A DNA stretch of 58,610 nucleotides, taken from IMG/VR virus record IMGVR_UViG_3300031716_000009, positions 1-58,610 of that record, one strand, 5' to 3'. The position numbers and the translations under genes were made by a program. Below are positions 44,557 to 52,504 of the stretch, in pieces (the stretch's first letter is position 1; the number at the start of each line of letters is the position of its first letter). Below the pieces are notes generated by a model. The model worked only from the letters and a program-made list of their open reading frames with translations. It did no database searches and was not told where the DNA came from. The stretch is from a virus. Lineage: Duplodnaviria > Caudoviricetes.

Positions 44557-44614
44557 GCTACCATCAACCCCTCGCCATGGGCCGATCGTCGGCCCCAGCA
44601 ACTGGAGAAGCACG

Positions 44615-45124
44615 ATGCTGCACCGAGCCATCGAAACGCGCTACCGTGGGCGCAAGTTTCGCAGCCGATTGGAAGCCCGCTATGCGGTGCTGTTCGACAA
44701 CCTGGGCGTGCCCTGGGACTACGAGCCCGAGGGCTTCGAGCTCGGAGGTGGCCTGCGCTACCTGCCTGACTTCTTCATCCCCGCGCACGCGCTGCGCCAG
44801 CGGTGGCCGGACGCCGGCTACTGGGTCGAGATCAAGCCCACGCCCCCGACCGAGCCTGAGATCTTGAAGATGCGGCGCCTGGTCGACCAGACCGGGCATC
44901 ACGGTTACATCTTCTGCGGCGCGCCCGACAAGGCGCAGGTCTGGCTCGCGGCGCTGGGCAAGACCGACGTGCGTCCCTTGAGCGATGGCGGCCGTGCCCG
45001 CGCCCTTCAACTGTCGGCGCCGATGCTGTGCAGCGCCACGCCCAACAGCTTCGACGTCTGGTCGCGCGCCGTCACGCGCGCCCTGTCGGCACGATTCGAG
45101 TTCGGCGAGAACGGAATCGCATGA
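44615..45124 (+). CDS. PD-(D/E)xK endonuclease
   Basis: FRSRLEAR, WDYEPE, YLPDF, WVEIK. Confidence 0.8.
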   Translation: MLHRAIETRYRGRKFRSRLEARYAVLFDNLGVPWDYEPEGFELGGGLRYLPDFFIPAHALRQRWPDAGYWVEIKPTPPTEPEILKMRRLVDQTGHHGYIFCGAPDKAQVWLAALGKTDVRPLSDGGRARALQLSAPMLCSATPNSFDVWSRAVTRALSARFEFGENGIA

Positions 45125-47544
45125 CCGACTTCTCCAATCCCCTGATCGCCGCGCTCGCCCCGCTGGTCGCGCGCGTGCGCCACGACATTTCAGGCCTACG
45201 CCAGGCCGCCGGCCACTACACCAAGACGAACGTCGCGCTCGACGATGAGACGATCGCGCGGCACCTGAACGGCGGCCCGGTGCGCGGGGCCTACCCCATG
45301 CTCCCGGGATCGCAGGAAACGCTCGTGGCCGTGCTCGACTTCGACGACCACGACAAGGACATGCCATGGGACCAGATGAGCGACAAGGTCGAGCGCGTGG
45401 CCGACCTGCTCGAGCTGTCGTGGGGCCTGTCGCCGATCCTGTTTCGCTCAGGCGGCGGCCGTGGCGTGCACCTGTATCTGCTCTGGGACGAGCCTCAGGA
45501 CGCCTACTCGGTGCGCATGCTGCTCAAGCAGGCGCTGGCGTGCGTGGGTCTGGAGGACGGCCCTGGCGGCGTGCGCAAGGGCAAGTGCGAGTGCTTCCCG
45601 AAACAGGATCGGCTCAACGCCGAGGGTGCCGGGTCGGTCGGCAACCTGTTCATGCTGCCGTTCGCGCGGGCGTCCGAGTGGCTCGTCATCGACTCGTTGG
45701 CCGGCATGCTAGTGCCCGCGGGCCGGCCGTTCACCGCGGCCGACTGGGTGCTGTCCGACCCGGTGCCCGTGCACGAGCGGCCGCGGCGCGCGCTCGCGGT
45801 GCGGGATGAATCGGTGAGCGCGGGCGGCGCCGTGGTGCCCTGGCAAGCCGCGCCGTGGCGCGCGGCGCTGGACGTGCTGGCTGCCGAGGGCTCGCCCTGG
45901 CGCGCGGGCGTGGAGCGCAGCGCGTGGGTCGCGTGCGTGTTCGCCATCCACTACGAGACCGGCGGCAGCGAGGACGGGCGCGAGCTCGCGCACGCGTGGA
46001 GCGCGCAGCTGCCCGGCTACGACGGGCAGCGGCTGGACTACGAGTGGGAACGCCTGGACGCCTCGCGGCCGGACGCCACGCGCGCCGGCACCATCCTGCG
46101 CTACGCGCGCGAGGTACGCGGCTGGGAGCCGCCGATCGACGTGTCGGGGTTCGACGTGGTCGTCGACCCGGTGGACACCGCGCGGGCCGCGGAGCGCGAG
46201 AAGCAAACTCCTGGCGCGAGCGCCTGGCCGGGCGAGGACGCCGATGACCCGCACTACGACCGGGAGCGCTCGGGCGCGATCAAGGCGACGGTGACCAACA
46301 CCGTGAACGCCGTTCGCATTCCCCGAATCGTCGGCACGCGGGTCGCGTGGGACGAGTTTCGCGACGAGATCACGGTGAGCGCGCCTGGCGTGGACGAGTG
46401 GGCGCCGATGACCGACGCGGACGCCGTGCGCATCCGCATGAAGCTGGAGATGGTGGGTTTCAAGTCCGCGGGCAAGGAGCAGGTGCGCGACGCCGTCGTG
46501 CTCGTGGCTGCCGAGCACCGCTACGACAGCGCGCGCATGTGGCTGCAAGGCGTGGTCGGGCGCTGGGACGGCGTGCGGCGCGTGGATTCGTTCATGGTGC
46601 GCTACCTGGGCGTGGCCGACTCACCCTACGCCCGCGCCGTGGGCCGCTACGTCTGGACGGCGCTGGCTGGGCGCGTGCTGCAGCCCGGGTGCCAGGCCGA
46701 CATGGTACCTATCCTGTCGGGCGCGCAGGGCCTGCGCAAGTCGAGCGCGATTGCTGCGCTGTCGCCCGCGCCCGAGTTCTTCACCGAGGTCGACCTGGCC
46801 GAGGACGAGGACAAGACGGTGCGCAAGTTGCGGGGCACGCTCGTGGCTGAGTTGGCCGAATTGAGCGGGTTGGGCACGCGGGCGCTGGAGGACATCAAGA
46901 AGTACGTCACGCGCCGGCGCGAAAAGTGGGTGCCCAAGTACAAGGAGTTCCCGACGACGTTCCACCGGCGCGTGGTGCACTTCGGCACCACGAACCGCAC
47001 GGACATCCTGGCCGACGAGACCGGTGAGCGGCGGTGGCTGCCCGTGACGATTACGTGCACGGACGTCGAGGCCATCGAACGGGATCGCGAGCAGCTGTGG
47101 GCCGAGGGTGCGCTCATGTTCTCCGGGGCGCTGGCCGCCGAGACGGGCGCCGACGTTGGCGACGGATGCGGGGTGGTGGTCTGGGGCCGGGCGGATGGCG
47201 AGGTGGCGGGCGTGGCTTGGCGCGACGCCGAGATGCTGGCCGTCACTTGCGAAGTGCACGCTAACTACACAGCGGACGACCCTTGGGCCGATGCCGTCGA
47301 GGCGTGGCTCGCGGGGCACGATCCTGCCGACGAGATGACGGGCTCAGGGGTCGGGCCGGTGCGGAGCACGACAGACTTCGCGATGGCGGACGTGCTTACC
47401 GGTGCGATCGGACTGCCGCTGCGCGAGCAAGGCATGCGCGAGCAAAAGCGCGCGGCGGCGATTCTGCGGCGGTTCGGATACGACAACAAGCCGATGCGGC
47501 GAGGCGGCCGGCTCGCAAAACGATGGTGGCGTGGCGAGGGGTAG
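45121..47544 (+). CDS. AEP-type primase fused to VirE/VapE-like helicase
   Basis: LDFDDH, SGGGRGVHLY, GAQGLRKSS (Walker A), ELAEL, GTTN, DETGERRW. Confidence 0.88.
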   Translation: MTDFSNPLIAALAPLVARVRHDISGLRQAAGHYTKTNVALDDETIARHLNGGPVRGAYPMLPGSQETLVAVLDFDDHDKDMPWDQMSDKVERVADLLELSWGLSPILFRSGGGRGVHLYLLWDEPQDAYSVRMLLKQALACVGLEDGPGGVRKGKCECFPKQDRLNAEGAGSVGNLFMLPFARASEWLVIDSLAGMLVPAGRPFTAADWVLSDPVPVHERPRRALAVRDESVSAGGAVVPWQAAPWRAALDVLAAEGSPWRAGVERSAWVACVFAIHYETGGSEDGRELAHAWSAQLPGYDGQRLDYEWERLDASRPDATRAGTILRYAREVRGWEPPIDVSGFDVVVDPVDTARAAEREKQTPGASAWPGEDADDPHYDRERSGAIKATVTNTVNAVRIPRIVGTRVAWDEFRDEITVSAPGVDEWAPMTDADAVRIRMKLEMVGFKSAGKEQVRDAVVLVAAEHRYDSARMWLQGVVGRWDGVRRVDSFMVRYLGVADSPYARAVGRYVWTALAGRVLQPGCQADMVPILSGAQGLRKSSAIAALSPAPEFFTEVDLAEDEDKTVRKLRGTLVAELAELSGLGTRALEDIKKYVTRRREKWVPKYKEFPTTFHRRVVHFGTTNRTDILADETGERRWLPVTITCTDVEAIERDREQLWAEGALMFSGALAAETGADVGDGCGVVVWGRADGEVAGVAWRDAEMLAVTCEVHANYTADDPWADAVEAWLAGHDPADEMTGSGVGPVRSTTDFAMADVLTGAIGLPLREQGMREQKRAAAILRRFGYDNKPMRRGGRLAKRWWRGEG

Positions 47545-47550
47545 CACAGG

Positions 47551-47576
47551 AAACGGGCGCTTCGGCGCCCGTTTTT
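47551..47576 (+). terminator. Intrinsic terminator after the primase
   Basis: AAACGGGCGC-TTCG-GCGCCCGTTTTT. Confidence 0.85.
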
Positions 47577-47637
47577 ACGTCCGGGATGGGAGCGGCGCTT
47601 GCAAATTCCTACGCGCGGAGCGCCTGAGCTGACAGAT

Positions 47638-47760
47638 GGGGTAGCGGCTACCTCAAGTGGCATATGAGGTAACGGCGCTAAGTCTATGATTTAACGGCTT
47701 TGTTTCCCCGTTACCTCTGTAACCCCTTACATAAAGGGTTAGTGTAATAATAGTGTATAT
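47638..47760. other. Putative replication origin
   Basis: AT-rich non-coding region with three GGTA(A/G)C-type inverted repeats and an IHF-like site. Confidence 0.5.
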
Positions 47761-47906
47761 GGGTGTGTGGGTACTCCCATAGGACTCTTGGAGTTTGCGT
47801 TTTCAGGGGTATCAAGGGGTCACGGGTAGCGGTTCGGGTATCGCGTGTGGGACGCTGCGAACCCGGGCGCTGCCGCGGTCGTGCGGTTCTCGCGTGTTGC
47901 GTCTCC

Positions 47907-48008
47907 CTAGCCAGCGGCCGACCAGCCCCAGACGAGCAGCACGGCACCCCAGACGCCGAGCACGACAGCGCAGGCCACGGACGGCCAGTCGATGCGGCGC
48001 CGGGTCAC
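47907..48008 (-). CDS. 33-aa membrane peptide (not in ORF track)
   Basis: GTGA overlap; single TM. Confidence 0.45.
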   Translation of the reverse strand: MTRRRIDWPSVACAVVLGVWGAVLLVWGWSAAG

Positions 48009-48259
48009 AATCCGATGCCCAGCCGGAACTCGCCGCGTGGCACGATGGTGTAGTCCGTGACCAGCTGGGCGGCTGTGGCCTCGGCAGCGGCCGGCAGCAT
48101 GCCCGCGTCGATCAGGGTCAGGGCCAACACGGCGCGCATGCTGGCGCGGTGGGCGTCGCCGAAGCAGCGATGCGCCCCGTCGCCCAGGTCGAGGAAGTCG
48201 ACACCCCCGTCGGGGCGCTGCTGGCGGCGCACGAGGGGCGATATCGTGTTGGTGATCAT
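48005..48259 (-). CDS. Hypothetical protein
   Basis: SD GGGGAG; overlaps both neighbours. Confidence 0.55.
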   Translation of the reverse strand: MITNTISPLVRRQQRPDGGVDFLDLGDGAHRCFGDAHRASMRAVLALTLIDAGMLPAAAEATAAQLVTDYTIVPRGEFRLGIGL

Positions 48260-48393
48260 TTCGAGTGCTCCCCTTGCGTGACGGGCTCCACGGTCTCGTC
48301 AGGCTTGTCGAACGGGGAGGCGATGTCGCCCCCGCAGGCTTGCAGCAGCGCGCACAGCAGCGCGGCCAGCATGATGGACAGGACGGTCTTCAT
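48256..48393 (-). CDS. 45-aa predicted lipoprotein (not in ORF track)
   Basis: MKTVLSIMLAALLCALLQA-CGG lipobox; ATGA overlap. Confidence 0.6.
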   Translation of the reverse strand: MKTVLSIMLAALLCALLQACGGDIASPFDKPDETVEPVTQGEHSK

Positions 48394-48396
48394 GGC

Positions 48397-49176
48397 TCAG
48401 GGTTCCAGCCGACCACTGGCGCGAGCCAGGCCGAGCAACAGGGGTTTGTGGGCGGCCCAGAACTTGAGGGCTCCGCGGTCCATCTCGGCGATCTGCGCAT
48501 CGGTGAACTCAGCCCACGCCTTGAGGGTGTGGAATTGGCAACCGATGGCCATGTGATCGTCCGTGATCGTCACGTACCAGGCCAGGCCCGACACGCAGAT
48601 CGGGATTTGGGTGCATTTGCCGTAGACCCACGCGTCGCCGTAGACCCACGCGTTGCCGTAGACCCACGCGTTGCCGGAGACCTGCGCGTTGCCGTAGACC
48701 CACGCGTTGCCGGAGACCTGCGCGTTGCCGGAGACCTGCGCGTCGCCGTAGACCCGCGCGTTGCCGGAGACCTGCGCGTCGCCGTAGACCCACGCGTTGC
48801 CGGAGACCTGCGCGTTGCCGGAGACCTGCGCGTCGCCGTAGACCTGCGCGTCGCCGTAGACCCACGCGTCGCCGGAGACCTGCGCGTCGCCGTAGACCCG
48901 CGCGTTGCCGGAGACCTGCGCGTCGCCGTAGACCCACGCGTTGCCGGAGACCCACGCGTTGCCGGAGACCTGCGCGTCGCCGTAGACCTGCGCGTCGCCG
49001 GAGACCCACGCGTCGCCGGAGACCTGTAGATTGGTTTCGGACTCGATGTAGCCACCGAGATCGCCGACGCGCACACCCAGCGCTGCGATAGCCACGAGTG
49101 CGCGGATGCGCTTGAGGGTGCGGCCGTCAACGGTCTTGGTGTCGCCGTCAACGAATTCATACTTGGTGTTTACCAT
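48397..49176 (-). CDS. Hexapeptide-repeat beta-helix protein
   Basis: KYE...L.RIRAL...GDLGGYIESE.NL followed by 23 hexapeptides; C-terminal IGCQ.H domain. Confidence 0.85.
   Translation of the reverse strand: MVNTKYEFVDGDTKTVDGRTLKRIRALVAIAALGVRVGDLGGYIESETNLQVSGDAWVSGDAQVYGDAQVSGNAWVSGNAWVYGDAQVSGNARVYGDAQVSGDAWVYGDAQVYGDAQVSGNAQVSGNAWVYGDAQVSGNARVYGDAQVSGNAQVSGNAWVYGNAQVSGNAWVYGNAWVYGDAWVYGKCTQIPICVSGLAWYVTITDDHMAIGCQFHTLKAWAEFTDAQIAEMDRGALKFWAAHKPLLLGLARASGRLEP
48613..49026 (-). repeat. 23 x 18-bp tandem repeat encoding (Q/W/R)V(S/Y)G(D/N)A
   Basis: Counted from the translation; last unit degenerate. Confidence 0.9.
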
Positions 49177-49198
49177 GATGGGTTTGCCTTTCGAGGGG

Positions 49199-49483
49199 TT
49201 AGTCAGGACAGGTCTGCGACCACGTCATGTCGACGTCGTCACGGGTGGAGGTGAAGTGCTGGCCATCGCGCACCACGTCGGGCGCAACGATCGGCAGCCC
49301 GCCGCTCAGGTGCTCGGCGTGCATCTGGTCGCACCAGCCGATGAACGCACCGTCGTCGGCGCGCACCAGGTAGCGCGTATCGCCGACCATGTGCCAGGTG
49401 TGCGGGCCAGCCTGGAGCACGTGCACGGGTTGCGTGCACGCGGCCAGCGTGGCGAGGATCGTGAGGAGCAGGGCGCGGGCCAT
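49199..49483 (-). CDS. Predicted lipoprotein (94 aa)
   Basis: MARALLLTILATLAA-C lipobox. Confidence 0.65.
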   Translation of the reverse strand: MARALLLTILATLAACTQPVHVLQAGPHTWHMVGDTRYLVRADDGAFIGWCDQMHAEHLSGGLPIVAPDVVRDGQHFTSTRDDVDMTWSQTCPD

Positions 49484-49570
49484 GGCGTCAGGCCTTGCGG
49501 GTCAGGAGCCACGCGAACAGGGCCGGATGGCGCCGCGCGATGGCCAGGACGGTGTAGGTGCGGGCGTGGG

Positions 49571-49867
49571 TCACGATTGCGCTCGCTTGGCGAATTCGAG
49601 GCCGTCGATGAACGAATGCAGGCGTTGCCACAGCTCGCGGCGCGTGGTGTGGTAGCTCACGAGCGGAGTCGACACGCCGCCGGACTCGTTGGACATGCGA
49701 TGCAGGCACACGCCACCGTAGGCAAATGACAAGTGGAAGTTGCCGATCTGGGCGCGGTTGCGGCCGCTCGCGTCGGGCTTCCAGGATTCGGCGGGGCTGT
49801 CGGTCATGGTGTTGAGTCGGTCGACCAGCGATTGCAGATCGCGGTCGGTGATGCGAGTGGTGGTCAC
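49571..49867 (-). CDS. Hypothetical early protein
   Basis: SD GAAGGA; RIT...L...V..LN, G..HL..AYGG..L. Confidence 0.7.
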   Translation of the reverse strand: MTTTRITDRDLQSLVDRLNTMTDSPAESWKPDASGRNRAQIGNFHLSFAYGGVCLHRMSNESGGVSTPLVSYHTTRRELWQRLHSFIDGLEFAKRAQS

Positions 49868-49967
49868 GGTGAGATTTCCTTCGTGGGTTGGTGACTGGTG
49901 AGACTTGATTGTCAGGACTGCGGGAGAGGCAGTCCAATTGCATTTGGCAATCGGACTGAGTCAGTGG

Positions 49968-50249
49968 TTAGGCGGGCAGCATGTCGATCATGATGCGCTC
50001 GCCACTGTCAGCCAATCGGCCGATGTAGGCGACGTGGCGCGTCGGGTCGCGCATGTCCAGGTACACACGGCGCTGCCGGCCATGGAACACGACGACGAAT
50101 CGTGAAGGCGTGCGCGCCTTGTTGCTCCGCGGCTTGCGCGGGACTGACAAAGGCTTTTCGATGCAGAGCACGCCGCCGAGTGACCAGAACGTGTCAGAAC
50201 TGCCGTTGAGTCGGCGGGTGTGAGCGAGCAAACGCACAGCGGTTCGCAT
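49968..50249 (-). CDS. Hypothetical early protein
   Basis: SD GAAAGGG; basic, GRQRRVY motif. Confidence 0.55.
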   Translation of the reverse strand: MRTAVRLLAHTRRLNGSSDTFWSLGGVLCIEKPLSVPRKPRSNKARTPSRFVVVFHGRQRRVYLDMRDPTRHVAYIGRLADSGERIMIDMLPA

Positions 50250-50400
50250 GATGGTCCCTTTCAGCGAAAGAACGACAGGAGGAATGACGCGAGCCACGAG
50301 CGCGGCGCGCGGCTGGGTGTGGCGTGCGGCCGGCGCGGCGCCGGTTGCGGCGTGGTGCTGAGCGACCAGTTGGCGGTGGCTTCGGAGCGGAGATCGCGGG

Positions 50401-50595
50401 TCATGGAGAGCGGGCCTGGTTGCGGTGGTTGAACTCGGCGAGCCACTGAGCAGTGGTCAGCACCTCGAATTGCGGTTCGTTGTCCGCGATGCGGTCGGCT
50501 AGAGCCTGGTTGAACGTCTCGTGTACCACGTCGCGCGTGGTGCGCTGGACGATGACCCAGGAGCCGCAGTGGGGTTCGAGCTTCGGTGCAGGCAT
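50401..50595 (-). CDS. Hypothetical early protein (64 aa)
   Basis: Leader ACGAAAGAG; SWVIV......V.ETF, WL..FN. Confidence 0.6.
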   Translation of the reverse strand: MPAPKLEPHCGSWVIVQRTTRDVVHETFNQALADRIADNEPQFEVLTTAQWLAEFNHRNQARSP

Positions 50596-50787
50596 GGCGC
50601 TCTTTCGTGTTGGTGAGTCTCCATTCTCGTGATCACGGGAGCGGGTGGCCAATTGATTGTCACGATGGGCGGCGTGTAAAAAATAACAGACGCCTATGGC
50701 ATAGGCTTGCGGATCGCATTCCTTGCGAGTTTGGCGATACCAAATCCCAATCAGCGATTCCCAAGGAGCGTTTGACGATACCGACCG

Positions 50788-51096
50788 TTGCGCACGCGCC
50801 CAACAGGCCGCACAATGCGCCCCATGCCCACGCTGCACCGCCTCGAAGACCCCACAAACCGCCTGCGAGCCGGGATCCTGTTCACTTGGGATGACGGCAC
50901 GTCGAAACAAGCAAGCTTTGCCGTAGCATCTGATACCGACGTCCAGGGCACCAGCAAGGCGATCGCGGTTCAGATGCTCCAGACGCTGATGGACAGCGGT
51001 CGAGCAGACCTGGCAAACGCCACGAACTGGGTCTCGGTGGTTGCAGGGTGCGCGAAGCACGTGCGCGACGCGGTATCGCGATTGGAGATTCACTAG
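50788..51096 (+). CDS. Hypothetical protein (start may be a downstream ATG)
   Basis: Protein-like composition; only plausible ORF in this interval. Confidence 0.45.
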   Translation: MRTRPTGRTMRPMPTLHRLEDPTNRLRAGILFTWDDGTSKQASFAVASDTDVQGTSKAIAVQMLQTLMDSGRADLANATNWVSVVAGCAKHVRDAVSRLEIH

Positions 51097-51138
51097 TGGT
51101 CGCTACGGAAGTCGGGATCTCCTGGGTCTGTTTTCGGC

Positions 51139-51194
51139 GGGGGTGGGGTGGCGGGGGAGGGGCTCGCGGCTCGAGGGGGCCTTACCCCCTCCCC
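51139..51194 (+). other. G-quadruplex-competent tract with competing hairpins upstream of terS
   Basis: G5-T-G4-TGGC-G5-A-G4; downstream CCCCCTCCCC can pair with two G tracts. Confidence 0.5.
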
Positions 51195-51291
51195 GGCGAC
51201 AGTGCCCTCGCGAACCCCAAACCTAAATTCGCAATTCCAAAATTTTTGAGTTGCTGAAATCGACGAACTTGTAGAATTTTTCAATTTTTGA

Positions 51292-52227
51292 ATGGCAGCG
51301 CTACAAGACACCGCCCACGAACTGTTCGCGCGAAACCTCGCGCTGACGGGCCATTGCCGCAAATCGGCCATCACGGCAGGCTTTGCGGCGAGCTACGGGG
51401 CGGCGCTGGCGGGACGCCCGGACATCGAGGCGCGCGTCAGCGAGCTGGTGCAGCAGCGCTTCGCCAAGGAGAACGTGACGGCCGCGCGCGTCGTGCGCGA
51501 GCTGGCCCGCATCGCCTTCAGCGACCCGCGAGACCTGGTCGATGACGACACGGGCGAGTTCCTGCCGATCCATGAGCTCAGCGACGACGCAGCCGCCGCG
51601 GTCAACCGCATCGAAGTTGAGATCCGCTCCGAAGGCCACGGGGAGGACAAGCAGGTCTACCTGCTCAAGAAGGTGCGCACGCACGACAAGATGGCCGCCC
51701 TCTCGCTCCTGGCCCGGCACTTCAAGATCGTGGGCGAGGACTCCGACGGCGTGAACGCACTCGCCAACGCGCTGGCCGACCGGATCAAGGCTGCGCGCGT
51801 GCGCCAGGCCAGCGCCAATCGCGAGCAGGCCATCCGCGAGGCCGAGGACGCGGTGATCCTGCCGCACCCCACGGTCCAGGGCAGCCGCATCGAGTACGGC
51901 ATCCCCGATGACCCGTCCAGCGCCGGCGACGTGACCGCGCCGACCCTCGCATTCGAGGCCCCCGAGCCCGACAGCATCGCGCTACACTCAGGGCCGCAGC
52001 GCGCCGTGGCGCTGCCCACCGTGCCGGCGCCGCCGGCCGCTGAAGCCAAGCCCGAACCTGCGCCGTCCCCGCCGCCACCCCCGGCGCCCGAACCCGAGCC
52101 GCTCGACCCGTACCGGCCGCGGCTCCGGCCCGAGCCCAGGCCCCGGCCGCCGCCACAGGTCAGGTCTCGGCCCGGCGCCAAACCCCCCGCGGCCAGTGAG
52201 GATGACGATGAAGATCTCGCCGGATGA
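51292..52227 (+). CDS. terS: Terminase small subunit with long Pro-rich C-terminal extension
   Basis: SAITAGFA, VVRELARIAFSDP..L.D..G...PI.EL, K....DK.AAL.LLARH; ends EDDDEDLAG. Confidence 0.85.
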   Translation: MAALQDTAHELFARNLALTGHCRKSAITAGFAASYGAALAGRPDIEARVSELVQQRFAKENVTAARVVRELARIAFSDPRDLVDDDTGEFLPIHELSDDAAAAVNRIEVEIRSEGHGEDKQVYLLKKVRTHDKMAALSLLARHFKIVGEDSDGVNALANALADRIKAARVRQASANREQAIREAEDAVILPHPTVQGSRIEYGIPDDPSSAGDVTAPTLAFEAPEPDSIALHSGPQRAVALPTVPAPPAAEAKPEPAPSPPPPPAPEPEPLDPYRPRLRPEPRPRPPPQVRSRPGAKPPAASEDDDEDLAG

Positions 52228-52504
52228 CTCCACGACCCACCGCGCCCGCGCCGTGGATCCCCAGCAGTTCCGTGCGCAGGCCACAGGCATCGGCATGACG
52301 CGCACCGCGTCCCTGGCCACCGGCCGCGGCCGCGCGCAGCGCGTGGTCGACCAGACCGACCCCGAGTGCTTGGCGGCCGTCCCCGAGGCCGAGGGGCTGC
52401 CGTCTCGCACCGAGGCGGCCATGGGCTACGGCCTGCTGTCCTCGGCGCCCAACGCCATCGGCCAGACCACGAGCCCGGGGCGTTTCAAGCGCCGTGGCGG
52501 TTGA
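52208..52504 (+). CDS. Hypothetical protein between terS and terL
   Basis: SD GAGGA plus ATG inside the terS tail. Confidence 0.55.
   Translation: MKISPDDSTTHRARAVDPQQFRAQATGIGMTRTASLATGRGRAQRVVDQTDPECLAAVPEAEGLPSRTEAAMGYGLLSSAPNAIGQTTSPGRFKRRGG

Noticed and set aside
47840-47906. Stem-loop with GGTTCG after the early leftward operon as a third tRNA-like element
   Set aside because: No proper T arm or acceptor geometry; probably a 3' end structure
48613-49026. CRISPR array or DGR variable region
   Set aside because: Contiguous in-frame coding repeats with no spacers; no RT or cas operon in the genome
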